From an uncultured cyanobacterium (GTDB lineage: Bacteria > Cyanobacteriota > Cyanobacteriia > PCC-9006 > JAAUQQ01): a DNA stretch of 64,000 bases. This document shows, one piece after another, positions 30,256 to 41,179 of this stretch. Numbering within the stretch: the stretch's first letter is position 1; the number at the start of each line of letters is the position of its first letter. A program made the position numbers and the translations under genes. The DNA lies in assembly GCA_963718615.1 (NCBI GenBank), contig OY970368.1:2240001-2304000 (forward strand), written 5' to 3'. The notes beneath the pieces were generated by a model. That model was not told the DNA's origin, did not search any database, and was given only the letters and a program-made list of their open reading frames with translations.

Positions 30256-32835
30256 ATGAAATCCTTTACCCTAAAACCCTTTACCCTTGTGACCGCCATC
30301 CTGCTGTTGGGGAGTGCCTTCGGCCTGACCGCGCTAGCCCAGACCCAAGGACAGCCGATGTCGCGCCCGGTTCAGCGCCCGATTTCCTCTCCTCCGCCGG
30401 TGATCAATCTTTCAACCCTCTATACCGCCATGGAACCTAATCCCAATTTGCCAGTTTCTGCATCGCCGACGGGAGGACTCTTCGTCCAGGGAAAAGAGGG
30501 AGAGGGCCAGGTTTTTCCGCTGAAGCAGACGGAGGTTAAGGCGGATGTGGTGGGGAATGTCTCGCGGGTGGCGGTGACCCAGACCTTTGAGAATCCCTTT
30601 GATCAGCCCCTAGAAGCGGTCTATGTGTTTCCGTTGCCCGATGAGGCGGCGGTGGATGAGATGGAGATTCGCCTTGGCGATCGCATCATCAAGGGCGATA
30701 TCAAACGGCGGGAAGAAGCCCAGGAAATTTACGATCGCGCCGTCTCCGAAGGCCGCACCGCTGGGTTATTGGAACAGGAGCGGGACAATATCTTCACCCA
30801 ATCCCTAGCCAATATCCGTCCCGGTGAACAAATCCAGGTGACGATTCGCTACAGCGAGTCGCTCAAGTTTGAGGGAGGCAACTACGAGTTTGTTTTTCCC
30901 ATGGTCGTGGGGCCGCGCTATATTCCAGGCCAACCGATGAATCGTAGTGGTGAGACAAGCCGTGAGATGAATGCTGGAATCAATGGCGACACGGATCAGG
31001 TGCCCGATGCCTCGCGGATTACGCCGCCGGTTTTGAAGCCGGGGATGCGATCGGGTCATGATATTGGGGTGACGGTGAATATCAATGCGGGGGTGCCCAT
31101 TGAGGGCATCGAATCGACGTCCCATAAAATTAAAATCGATCGCGCCTTGGATAATCCGGATCAAGTGCGGGTGCAACTGACTGAAGGAGATACAATTCCC
31201 AATAAAGATTTGGTCCTGCGGTACAAGGTCACCGGCAGGGAGACCCAGGCCACGGTGTTGAGTCAGGCGGGCGATCGCGGCGGCCATTTTGCCGTCTATC
31301 TAGTCCCGGCGGTCGACTATCGTCCCAAGGAAATTGTGCCCAAGGATGTGGTGTTTTTGATGGACACCTCCGGTTCTCAAATGGGTGCACCGCTGGCCCA
31401 ATCGAAGGTTTTGATGCGGCGGTTTCTCACGGGCTTGAACCCAGACGATACATTTACGATTATTGATTTTGCCAATACGGCGACGAAGCTGTCCGAGCGG
31501 CCCTTGGCCAATACTGCCGCAAATCGGGCTAAGGCCTTAAAGTACGTGGAAGCTCTGGAAGCCAATGGGGGAACGGAGTTGATGAATGGCATGAATGCGG
31601 TCATGCAGTTTCCGGCAGCTCCGGCAGGGCGGCTGCGGAGTGTAGTATTGCTCACCGATGGCTATATCGGCAACGATCGCGAGGTGATCGCAGCGGTACA
31701 AAAGCAACTCAAGCCGGGAAATCGACTCTACAGTTTTGGGGTCGGCAGTTCGACGAATCGCTTTTTGCTCAATCGTCTGGCGGAAGTGGGACGGGGGACG
31801 GCGCAGATGGTGCGTCAGGATGAAAATCCAGATCCCGTTGTTGAACGGTTCTTTAACCAGATCAACCGTCCGGTGTTGACCAACGTGCAAGTGACCTGGG
31901 AAGGCAGCGGTCCGGCACCGAGCATTTATCCCCTGGCTGCACCAGACTTGTTTGCTCAGCAACCGCTGGTGCTATTTGGCCGAAAAACCGATGCCCAGCC
32001 CGGTCGCGTCAAGATTACCGGCACCACGGCGGGAGGAAAACCCTATGAACAGACCCTAGCTGTGGACTTTGCGGAGCGGGAGAACCCGGCGATCGCCCAA
32101 CTCTGGGGCCGAGCTCGGATCAAAGACCTGATGAATGGTCTCTACGGTAATGAAACCACCGAAGGCGTCGAAGCCGTTACCCAAACAGCCCTAGACTACC
32201 GGTTGCTGTCGCAATATACGGCCTTTGTGGCAGTGAGCGAAGAAGTGCGTGTGGATCCCGATGGCACCCGCCGCACGGTCCAGGTGCCGGTGGAACTGCC
32301 CGAAGGCGTCAGCTATGAAGGCATTTTTGGCAAAGACGCAGCCGAAAGCGCTAACTTGGCTGGAGCAATGCCCGCATCAGCCCGATTGATGGCTCCAGCC
32401 CCGTCTTCCATGGCGATGCCGCGTCAGGCCAGTGGAGGACGTCGGAATAGTTCCCCGGTGACGATGGCGAAACCCCAAATCCTCCCTGGGGCCATGGATC
32501 AGGCAATGGATCAGGAAACGGTATCAGCGGAGATGTCAACGAGCCTGTCTGCGCCTAAAATTCAGGTGATTCGGTCGGAGAATCTGGATGCAGCGGCGAT
32601 CGCCTCCTTAGAACAGCACCTCGCCACGTTAACGCTGCCAGCGAATCCAGCCGGGGAACTGACCTTTGAACTCCGCCTTCGCCGAGGTCGAGTTCAGCTG
32701 GTGGCCTTGGATGCCGCCGCTTCGACAATGACGGATCAAGCCCTAATTGATGCCCTGCGCCAAGCCTTGCAGCAATGGCAACCAGAGCCCGGTTTGTCGG
32801 GGACGGTGAAGGTGACGTTGCAAGTGCAATCTTAG
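30256..32835 (+). CDS. Exported VIT + von Willebrand A domain protein
   Basis: VIT domain (QTFENP...EAVYVFPLPDEAAV), vWA MIDAS (DTSGSQ, LLTDG) and signal peptide. Confidence 0.9.
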   Translation: MKSFTLKPFTLVTAILLLGSAFGLTALAQTQGQPMSRPVQRPISSPPPVINLSTLYTAMEPNPNLPVSASPTGGLFVQGKEGEGQVFPLKQTEVKADVVGNVSRVAVTQTFENPFDQPLEAVYVFPLPDEAAVDEMEIRLGDRIIKGDIKRREEAQEIYDRAVSEGRTAGLLEQERDNIFTQSLANIRPGEQIQVTIRYSESLKFEGGNYEFVFPMVVGPRYIPGQPMNRSGETSREMNAGINGDTDQVPDASRITPPVLKPGMRSGHDIGVTVNINAGVPIEGIESTSHKIKIDRALDNPDQVRVQLTEGDTIPNKDLVLRYKVTGRETQATVLSQAGDRGGHFAVYLVPAVDYRPKEIVPKDVVFLMDTSGSQMGAPLAQSKVLMRRFLTGLNPDDTFTIIDFANTATKLSERPLANTAANRAKALKYVEALEANGGTELMNGMNAVMQFPAAPAGRLRSVVLLTDGYIGNDREVIAAVQKQLKPGNRLYSFGVGSSTNRFLLNRLAEVGRGTAQMVRQDENPDPVVERFFNQINRPVLTNVQVTWEGSGPAPSIYPLAAPDLFAQQPLVLFGRKTDAQPGRVKITGTTAGGKPYEQTLAVDFAERENPAIAQLWGRARIKDLMNGLYGNETTEGVEAVTQTALDYRLLSQYTAFVAVSEEVRVDPDGTRRTVQVPVELPEGVSYEGIFGKDAAESANLAGAMPASARLMAPAPSSMAMPRQASGGRRNSSPVTMAKPQILPGAMDQAMDQETVSAEMSTSLSAPKIQVIRSENLDAAAIASLEQHLATLTLPANPAGELTFELRLRRGRVQLVALDAAASTMTDQALIDALRQALQQWQPEPGLSGTVKVTLQVQS

Positions 32836-33227
32836 GAGCAGGCTTAAGGTCAATCTTAAGGGCAGGTCTAAGACAAAATCATGGGCCTGCTTTCACCTCT
32901 ACCCCGGCGTCTGACATTCTCTATCCCGACAGCCATGGCAAATCCATGGCCGATAACACGAAGCAATATCGCTGGATTGTCATGCTGAAGGAAAATCTGG
33001 AGATTTTCTTAGCGATCGTAGGGCGATCGCTCTTGCACCCATGACGACGACCACCTAGCGACGACCACCTAGGGTTCAAATTATTGAGGCGTTGAAAGAG
33101 TGGGGATTGAAGTTGACTTGGGGGACGCTACCTGAGTTAGGTGTTCAGAAAAAACGTGTGATTATGCGGAGGTCGTTCGATGGCTGACTGGGGGGCGGGC
33201 TTTGGGGCGATGCTTGATATTGTTGCT

Positions 33228-34341
33228 TCAAAGGTCACGCTCGCGTTCTTTGGGTTTCAAATAGCCCTCTACCAACAAATCCGTACCGATCGCCCGCCAT
33301 TCCACCCGCTCTAACAGCAGAGCCTCAGCCATCTTCGTTAACCCCAGTTCCCCCACAGGAGAGAGGCCAGAACCACCAATGATTTTAGGGGCAATAAACG
33401 CCAGGACTTTTTGAATGGCACCCGAGGCGATCGCCGCCGCCGCCAACGTTCCCCCACATTCCCACAGCACCGACAAAGCCCCTCGCTCGTAGAGATTTTC
33501 CATGACCGTCTGGGGGGTTAAGCAATCCGTTAAAACCACTTCCACCCCCTTGGATTCGAGATAGCTCCAGAAGGAGGCGATCGCAATCCCGCTCTGTAAA
33601 CACCACCGTCGGAGCCTCAGCCCTGTCCCACAAATGCGCCTCCTTGGGCAAGTTCAAGGTCCGGCTCATTACCACCCGCAGCGGGCCGTGGTCCGCTTCG
33701 CCATGGCTGGTTAAGCGGGGATTGTCGTGGCGAACCGTATTGCCCCCGACGACCACCGCATCGCAGCCGATCCGTAGATGATGGACCCACTGTCGAGCCG
33801 CCGGTTGGGTGATCCAGGCGCTGTTGCCGGTACTGGTTGCGATTTTGCCATCGAGGGTCATGGCGTATTTCAAAATGCCAAAGGGTTGCTGATGCACAAT
33901 GCGATGGACAAAGGCTTCGTTGAGCTTTTGGCAGGCCGCCGCTTCAACGCCCACCACCACTTCAATGCCCGCCTCTTGCAGCCGCCGAATACCGCCCCCC
34001 GCCACTAAGGGATTGGGATCGACCATACCGACCACCACCTTTGCCACCCCCGCCTTGATCAAGGCTTCCGAACAGGGCGGGGTGCGTCCATAGTGATTGC
34101 AAGGTTCCAGACTGACATAGGCCGTTGCGCCCTGGGCTGCCGCTCCCGCCTCGCGCAGGGCGAAGACTTCCGCATGGGGCTGGCCTGCACCAGGGTGAAA
34201 GCCTTCGCCAATAATTTCGCCTCCTTTGACAATGACAGCGCCCACCATGGGATTAGGGGCGGTTTGTCCCAAGGCGCGGCGGGCCAACTCTAGGCAGCGC
34301 TGCATCATTTGGACATCGATGGGGTCAAAGGAGGCTGTCAT
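33228..34341 (-). CDS. ribD: Bifunctional riboflavin biosynthesis deaminase/reductase RibD, frameshifted near 33580
   Basis: HAE and LEPCNHYGRTPPC deaminase motifs in 33385..34341. The reductase tail (WECGGTLA...FIAPKIIGG) is in a different frame (33228..33545). Confidence 0.85.
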
Positions 34342-34427
34342 GAAAAGCTGTCAGGGAAAGTGGATCAGTTTGTTTAATATATATTGACAATAGCGTGATC
34401 CCCGATTAAATCTCCTTGACCTGGTCT

Positions 34428-34910
34428 ATGGCTCTCTATTTTTATGCCGCGAGCGATCGCCCCTACGGCTGTTTCTCTAATTTCTCACTTCACGGCTTTC
34501 AATTAGATGGCCATTGGTGGCCCACCTGCGAACATTATTATCAGGCACACAAGCATTGGGGAACCGCTCAGTTTGACCAGGTGCGTCAGGCGGAGACCCC
34601 AGCGGAGGCAAAACTGCGGGGCCGCGACCCGGATTGTCCCTGTCGAGCGGATTGGGATCAGGTTAAGGATGAAGTCATGGAACGGGCCGTGCTGGAAAAG
34701 TTTAAGATGCATCCGGAGATTCGGCAGCAGTTGCTTGAGACGGGAGATGAGCTGCTGGTGGAAAATTCGCCTGTGGACTACTACTGGGGCTGTGGGGAGG
34801 ATGGCAGTGGCAAAAATCGCTTGGGGGAAATTTTGATGGCGGTGCGATCGCATCTGCGCCAAACCAAAGCGGATCAAGATGATCTAAGTCCAGAAACCTT
34901 CGGTGGGTAA
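34428..34910 (+). CDS. NADAR (YbiA/RibX-like) N-glycosidase family protein
   Basis: FSNF, EHYYQAHK, LVENSPVDYYWGCG and GKNRLGEILM motifs. Confidence 0.9.
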   Translation: MALYFYAASDRPYGCFSNFSLHGFQLDGHWWPTCEHYYQAHKHWGTAQFDQVRQAETPAEAKLRGRDPDCPCRADWDQVKDEVMERAVLEKFKMHPEIRQQLLETGDELLVENSPVDYYWGCGEDGSGKNRLGEILMAVRSHLRQTKADQDDLSPETFGG

Positions 34911-35387
34911 AGCCGTCAAAGCAGCCTCGCAGGCCCGCAGCATCCGCCGCCCCACAGCATAACTCAACCGCGCTTCGGCTTCTGGAGCCGTGCACCAGCA
35001 AAAATCGGAAATTTCAGCTTCCTGAATGGTCACGGGAGGCGCTTCTCCCTGGGCACAGGGTTGCACTTGGCCGACGAAATATAAAACGCGTTTTTCCACC
35101 CAGAGATCGCGCTTTTTCTTCTTAAATCGATAGTTCTCGACAAATTTGAGCTCCGGAAAGACCCGGCTCGCCGATAGTCCCGTTTCTTCGTGAAACTCCC
35201 GTGCTGCTGCCTCTAGCGCCGATTCTCCGCGCTCTCGATGTCCCTTGGGAAAGCCCCAATGTCCTTTTCTATGGCAAATGAGCAGATATTGGCGCGGCTG
35301 GGGGGCAATGGGAAGACGGGGAGGGGCGATCGCTGGCCCAAAGGGTCCTAACACGGGAATTATGCCAAAGGCTTCATCTTGGAGCAT
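34884..35387 (-). CDS. NUDIX hydrolase (Ap4A hydrolase-like)
   Basis: Nudix box GHWGFPKGH...ESALEAAAREFHEETG. Confidence 0.9.
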   Translation of the reverse strand: MLQDEAFGIIPVLGPFGPAIAPPRLPIAPQPRQYLLICHRKGHWGFPKGHRERGESALEAAAREFHEETGLSASRVFPELKFVENYRFKKKKRDLWVEKRVLYFVGQVQPCAQGEAPPVTIQEAEISDFCWCTAPEAEARLSYAVGRRMLRACEAALTALPTEGFWT

Positions 35388-35494
35388 TGGATTAGAGGCA
35401 AAAAAGCGGGTAAGGCCATTTTAGAACTTGGCAAACCCGCTCGTCACAGCTAGTTGCAGTCGGTTTAATTACAGCCGGTTTAATTACAGCTAGT

Positions 35495-38400
35495 TTAATT
35501 ACAGTCCGCTGCGTCTGGATCGACTTTGTTGTTACTCCCTTCGGGGGTTGCGCAGCGAAGATTGAGAATATAAGGATCTTCGACCGGCAGTTCGCGATAA
35601 AACTCACTGCGCAAATCACTACGGGTGATAAACCGCTCGGAAATAGGGCCAGCAGGGGCATATTGTAAGGCCACATCGTAGCCCCAAAACCGATTGGGTG
35701 GGCCATAGTAACTGATCAACTCATTGTTCGCATCTGGAGGAAGACCCGGTTCCCAGGAGTCTTTGTCAAAGGGTCCAGTGGCGTAGGAGCTAAAGTTAAG
35801 CTGCATCAGAGAACCGGAGATAAACAGTTTTTTCCAGCCCTCCACAAAACGAGGGAAGTTGTGCAGCCCACCAAAGGACTGACCACCGCGCGAAGGGACA
35901 ATGCCGCTGACGATGACGGCGTTGATATAGGTTTCGTCTGGTGTACCGCCACTGGAGCTGGTACCGTTAATGCCTTTGTAGGTGCGATTGCTTCCGCCTA
36001 AAAGACTGGCTTCGCGGCCATATTCGATTTCTTTACGAGTTCCGCTACAGGCATTACCGGAGCCTGTCAAGCTTCCGTTGGACTCAACACAATAAACTGG
36101 AAACCCGCGCTGAGAAATTTTGATGGGACTACTGTAGGTTTCACTCGAAGAGGCAACGCCGTTTTCTCGAACCCAAGGGAGGTTAGTGTCGTTGCCATGG
36201 CTGAGACCTGCGAAGGAGCCAGGGCTGTTGTCTCGAATCCCTCGGGCGATGGTGCCTTCGGTAAAGCTAGCGGAGAGCAGCGTGACCGCATCGGCAATAA
36301 TCTCAGCGGGACGCCAGCGATCGTTGCGGCTGGCAAAGTCGGTGTTGAGAGTTTTGCGATCGTAGAAGTTATCCCAGTTTTCGGCGGAGAGGGTTTCGGT
36401 GAATTCCTCTTGGGTATGCCAGTTAAATTCGTTATTGTCGGCCTGTAAATAAACGGGATTATCGGAAACAAAGGAGAATCCTCGCAGTTCGGGGGCGGTG
36501 CTGGTACCACTCACCGTTGTGCTGCCGTTGACGCGACGGAGATCTTGGCCGTTGCGCAGTCGAAACCCGAAGGGACGCCGATCAGGATCGGCATAAAAAT
36601 CAACGGCTTTAGGACTAATGCCGGTACGAGGATTGACAGGGGGATCGGTGGGTTCAGCCCCTACTGCATTCATGATGTAATTGGCAACAGTTGCATCCTT
36701 GGGATTATTGACGAACTTGAGCCATTTGCTCAGCCAAGTACTGTAGCTATCGCTGGTCTGTCTGGGTCTGGCAATGCCGTCTTCGCGGATGGCATCTTCA
36801 CGAAATGCATAAACCATCGCGCCAGCACGGGTAGGATCGTTAGAGGCGGTGAGGTCCGGTAAAGGAAGCCAATAATCTGTGGTGGCTCCGCTCGGATTGG
36901 CAATACGGTTGATGCCGGTAATGCTGGTCCGCCGCATTAGGTCGAGGTCTAGATCCAAAGCGCGGACAGCCATCATTTCACGGCCATTGAAGAAGCCTTT
37001 ATCGAGGAAGGCGGGGTAGAGATTGGTGCCTTGGACGGTAATTTGATTGATTCTTCCGGTGGCGGTGGCGGTGACGGGGGTTTTCCAGCTTGCTGTCGTG
37101 GTCCGAGGAGCCATGCCTAGCGCATTGGCTAAGGCGGTCACACCATCCTCTGTGCCGTTTTCAATGCCATTGTTATCTGTATCGCCTAGTGGTCTAAAGG
37201 TGGTATTTTGGCAAGTCCCAGCGGCATTGGGATAGCAGTTGATTCCCCGTTTATTGGCTCGGTCAAATAGATAGGGATGATTGGTTGCGCTGACATAGGG
37301 TTCACTACTGGGCTGTGGAATGGCGGACGCCCCTGCGGCTTGGGCTGTCGTTGAGATTTGACCGTCGGGGGCATGTTCGGTGAGCGGAAAGAGATAATAG
37401 AGTGAGGGGTACTTGGGTGGTGAAGTTGAAGGGCAGAGTGCCATTGCTAGGCCAACTTCTGCTTTTTCGGAAAGGCCAAAACTACTAGGATCACATCCTA
37501 TACCCTCATAGATAACTAAAGATTCAGCAATTCCTGTAATGACATTTCCGAGTCCAGGACCATCATTCAGATCGTAAAGACCGTTCCCCCAATCATAACC
37601 CGTACCATTGCCAGGAATGCCTTTATCTTTTACGAATCCAAGAGCTCGATCACGACGAATTTGATAGGCCCTAATCATAAGTTCTAACTTATCAGCATGA
37701 TTGTTTTGCCCATCGGATCTTAGAGCCTTTACCCAATCTTCTGGTGTGAACTGAGCATAGTATTTACGGTAGTTTTGTAGATCGTTAATGTTGCTAACGG
37801 TATAAGGATTTTGACTAGGACAACCATTAGATCCATTAAAGCTTGTACATCGGTTGTCAGAATTATTCCCAATTTCTGCATTTCCGTTGTTTGCTTTTCC
37901 ATCCATGAGTTTAAAAAGCTGTTCTCCAACGGCTTGTAAACTTGGGCCACTTCCATTGATGGCAGCCTGATACATTTCTTCTTGATTTTGCAAATTGTAG
38001 GCTAAAGCCCCAAGGGTGCAAGTTGCCGTATGTAAGGTGCTCTTATCCGCAGGGCTCAAAGCATCGTATTCATCGATTTCACCACCATCGAGCGAATCAT
38101 TTTCTAAATAGGTCATAATTCGTCGTAAATTAGAGAAATCGCCCCAAGCCGTCAACTGAGGATAGGGATGAACTACCCCTTTGGCATCTGCCTCTGCGAA
38201 ATGGGCAAACTTGTAAGCGGCATTATCTTTGCTTGCCGCAACGGTATCCTGCTGAGATGGGAAACCACCGGCTGGATCTCCTGCAAACCGAGCAAGGTTC
38301 GTCAACGCTCGTCGCAAAGAACTATCAGTATTGTTTATGGCTGTTGCAAAAGCTGCTTCCGGATCAGCACTGCTGGAAAACGGTGCGGAAAACTCAATTC

Positions 38401-40462
38401 CATTGGTGCCTTTTCCTGTAAGAAAATTCGTATCAATGCGAGAAGCAACACCAGGCAGTTCGTCGAATTGACGACTCTGGGTGCGGCTATTGTCAGTACC
38501 AGTATGAGCCGTGGAGGCCAGACAGGCAACCGGATAATCACCCCCATCATTAAGATAGTGGTAAACGGCAGTGGTTTGCACTGCGGCTAAATTGTCTCGC
38601 AGCGATCGCCATTGGCGTTGTTCATGGAAGCGATCGTTATCGTCGTTAGTCGTATCATCAAATACACTGTTTTGTGCTGCATTCGCAGGCGGTGGATTGA
38701 GCGGGTCATCAGCCCCTTTCCAACCATTGGCATTGCCCAGTTCCAAACGCTGACTGACAATGAGGCGAACGCCTTGAGCTTTAGCCCGCCGTTCCCAATA
38801 GCCATCGTAACCATATTCAGTTTCGCTGTTGGCAGAGGCTTCATTGCGGATCAATTCTGTGGAATTACTATAGGCTGAGGTGATGCGATCGCCCGTCCGA
38901 TAAACATCTAGCGTTCCATCCGCATTTTGATCCTCATCCGCATCGGCTATACCGTCATTATCTGTATCTTCATTCATGACAAACGATGAAGTATATTCAG
39001 CCTTCGGTCCCCAGCGATCATCTGCTCGATAGGTATCATCCACAAAGGGTTTGTTTTGGGGATCGTTATAAACGCGATGGTCCTTGGCGAGGGGGCGATT
39101 TTCCCAGTTGCTATCCCGCGCACTGTGATTATAGGGATCGCTAGAGTCACGAGAACGATTGCGATCTTCGGTAAATAAGAGAATGGGATCAACAGCAATC
39201 TCTCCCGGTTTAATGTTGGTTCCTGTTACCGAATCAATTTCTCGAGTTAAGCTAATCGTCTGGGGGAAGAGCTTGCCTGGAGAAGGAGAGGGTAAACTCT
39301 CCGAAAATCGATGCACCACGGACGAGTTTGTACTAGTGGCATTTCGCTTCATGGAGCCCGTAATAATTTGCCCTTCAAAAGGAGATCGAGGGGTTTCGCC
39401 TGCCACCGAAATCTCAGAGGCATCACGGGTATAAACGCAGGATGCTGGAGATGAAATCAAATACAAATTTAAACTGCCGCCTTCATGGGTGGGCATGAAG
39501 TTAGACTCGGTATGCATCGCACCATTCCAGCGAAAAGCCGGTCCGGGAAAGACTTCTAGATCATAGCGAAACCACGCGCCCCATTTATTGCCCATATTGG
39601 CTTGGCGATCCTGTTGCATTTCGAGGGTCGCAGCAATGCCTGTGGTGTTATTTTTAGCAAATGCGTTGACCTGAAGGGCTTTTCGTAGCGTTGAAGAGTT
39701 GATCGGTTGCCAACCGGCACGGGGAGAGAGGGCCAGGTTATTGCAATTGGGATTAGCAGCGCCTCCGGCTAAGTTAATGGGGCCATTGCGAACGACTTGA
39801 GCTGTGGCTTTTATGGCATCGTCTTCGCCAAAAGAAATGAGATTTCCTTGAGCATCTCTTGTGTTCGCTTGAGTCAGAATAGAATAGGCAACGGTCACTT
39901 CTTTACCGTCGGTGCCTGTATTAGGATCGCCATCCACATTAAATTGAAATTCCCAGGCATTATCAATCGTGTTGGCATTTCCATCTAGGTCCAGACGGGT
40001 TTCGTCGGGGAGCGTGTAGTTGCCGTCATTGCGCAATGCCTGTACGAGGTCACTGTCGGAGGGCAGGGGAGGAAGTGGCTCTTTTTTGAATAAAAATTCG
40101 AGTTTGGCATTGGCCCGATCCATGGCAGGCGTTGCAGCATTGTAGAGCATGCGTTGCTGACGGTTGCCAATGACTTCCTGGGTACGATTTCCGGTGCGGA
40201 AAATTAAGATTCCCAGCACCATCGACAGCATGAGCAAGAGCAATATGGTTGTAGGCAGGATAAAACCTGCGGTTTGCCCAGCCGATCGTGAAGTCGATTG
40301 GCTCAAAAGCGAACTCCGCCAAAGCCAAAATAGGTCTTTAACCGTCAGAGTTTGATGAAACTGATGAAGTCTGGCTTGAAGCGTTTGAAAAGCGCCAAAG
40401 CGGTCTCTATTCACGGATCTACCTACGCATACAAGGGCCAATCTTGGTAGATGACCTTGCAC
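35495..40462 (-). CDS. hpsA: HpsA-like large pilin-associated protein (hormogonium polysaccharide/type IV pilus locus type)
   Basis: Prepilin-like GFILPTTILLLL; NKWGAWFRYDLE, GLHNFPRFVE.W and YGPPNRFWGYDVALQ motifs. Start uncertain. Confidence 0.75.
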   Translation of the reverse strand: MQGHLPRLALVCVGRSVNRDRFGAFQTLQARLHQFHQTLTVKDLFWLWRSSLLSQSTSRSAGQTAGFILPTTILLLLMLSMVLGILIFRTGNRTQEVIGNRQQRMLYNAATPAMDRANAKLEFLFKKEPLPPLPSDSDLVQALRNDGNYTLPDETRLDLDGNANTIDNAWEFQFNVDGDPNTGTDGKEVTVAYSILTQANTRDAQGNLISFGEDDAIKATAQVVRNGPINLAGGAANPNCNNLALSPRAGWQPINSSTLRKALQVNAFAKNNTTGIAATLEMQQDRQANMGNKWGAWFRYDLEVFPGPAFRWNGAMHTESNFMPTHEGGSLNLYLISSPASCVYTRDASEISVAGETPRSPFEGQIITGSMKRNATSTNSSVVHRFSESLPSPSPGKLFPQTISLTREIDSVTGTNIKPGEIAVDPILLFTEDRNRSRDSSDPYNHSARDSNWENRPLAKDHRVYNDPQNKPFVDDTYRADDRWGPKAEYTSSFVMNEDTDNDGIADADEDQNADGTLDVYRTGDRITSAYSNSTELIRNEASANSETEYGYDGYWERRAKAQGVRLIVSQRLELGNANGWKGADDPLNPPPANAAQNSVFDDTTNDDNDRFHEQRQWRSLRDNLAAVQTTAVYHYLNDGGDYPVACLASTAHTGTDNSRTQSRQFDELPGVASRIDTNFLTGKGTNGIEFSAPFSSSADPEAAFATAINNTDSSLRRALTNLARFAGDPAGGFPSQQDTVAASKDNAAYKFAHFAEADAKGVVHPYPQLTAWGDFSNLRRIMTYLENDSLDGGEIDEYDALSPADKSTLHTATCTLGALAYNLQNQEEMYQAAINGSGPSLQAVGEQLFKLMDGKANNGNAEIGNNSDNRCTSFNGSNGCPSQNPYTVSNINDLQNYRKYYAQFTPEDWVKALRSDGQNNHADKLELMIRAYQIRRDRALGFVKDKGIPGNGTGYDWGNGLYDLNDGPGLGNVITGIAESLVIYEGIGCDPSSFGLSEKAEVGLAMALCPSTSPPKYPSLYYLFPLTEHAPDGQISTTAQAAGASAIPQPSSEPYVSATNHPYLFDRANKRGINCYPNAAGTCQNTTFRPLGDTDNNGIENGTEDGVTALANALGMAPRTTTASWKTPVTATATGRINQITVQGTNLYPAFLDKGFFNGREMMAVRALDLDLDLMRRTSITGINRIANPSGATTDYWLPLPDLTASNDPTRAGAMVYAFREDAIREDGIARPRQTSDSYSTWLSKWLKFVNNPKDATVANYIMNAVGAEPTDPPVNPRTGISPKAVDFYADPDRRPFGFRLRNGQDLRRVNGSTTVSGTSTAPELRGFSFVSDNPVYLQADNNEFNWHTQEEFTETLSAENWDNFYDRKTLNTDFASRNDRWRPAEIIADAVTLLSASFTEGTIARGIRDNSPGSFAGLSHGNDTNLPWVRENGVASSSETYSSPIKISQRGFPVYCVESNGSLTGSGNACSGTRKEIEYGREASLLGGSNRTYKGINGTSSSGGTPDETYINAVIVSGIVPSRGGQSFGGLHNFPRFVEGWKKLFISGSLMQLNFSSYATGPFDKDSWEPGLPPDANNELISYYGPPNRFWGYDVALQYAPAGPISERFITRSDLRSEFYRELPVEDPYILNLRCATPEGSNNKVDPDAADCN

Positions 40463-40810
40463 CGACTCAGAGGTAGATGATCCTGCAACCCTCGGGACTC
40501 TCGATCAGACTAAACGTCAAGCTTTTCGTCAGGCTTTCAGAATTGAATCAAGCTTGACTGAAGTTTGACTGCAACTGGAATGGAAAAAGAGTCCATCTGG
40601 ATACAGCTTTCCCTCGACCGTGGGAGAGAAAACAACCGATTTAATTTTTCTCGAAAATTACTCGGAAATGGCTCGGAAATCGCTTGAAAATGATGTGATA
40701 CCTCCGGTCTAGGCATCAGACCCGCCCAACCTTTAAAGAATCTGCTAGAGTGAGAAGAAAGTGTAAACTGTGGTTATCATTCCAGCCGTTTTCAGCATGA
40801 GGAGCGCCTG

Positions 40811-41179
40811 ATGGACTTTGGCACAACCATTCGCGATCGCCGTCGACAGGAGGGCCTGAGCCAGGAATCGCTGGCTCAACAGGTGGGCATTTCGCGCAAT
40901 TATTTGTCTCAAATTGAGCGGGGTCGGGCGACCAATTTGTCCTGGCAGCTTCGACAAAAACTGACGGCATTGCTGGGGATTCAAGAAGAAACACCGACAA
41001 CGACGGCGGTTGACTGGAGTGCCTTGCCGGAGGGGTTAGAAGCCTTTGCCAAGCGGGTCAACCTGCCTGCGGATGATGTTTTAATGTTGGCGCGGCTCAG
41101 ATATCGGGGCAAGCAGCCCACGACCGCTGAAAAATGGGAACTGCTTTATAATGTGATTAAAGTGACGGTGGATGTTTGA
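40811..41179 (+). CDS. XRE-family HTH transcriptional regulator
   Basis: LSQESLAQQVGISRNYLSQIERG HTH. Confidence 0.9.
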   Translation: MDFGTTIRDRRRQEGLSQESLAQQVGISRNYLSQIERGRATNLSWQLRQKLTALLGIQEETPTTTAVDWSALPEGLEAFAKRVNLPADDVLMLARLRYRGKQPTTAEKWELLYNVIKVTVDV

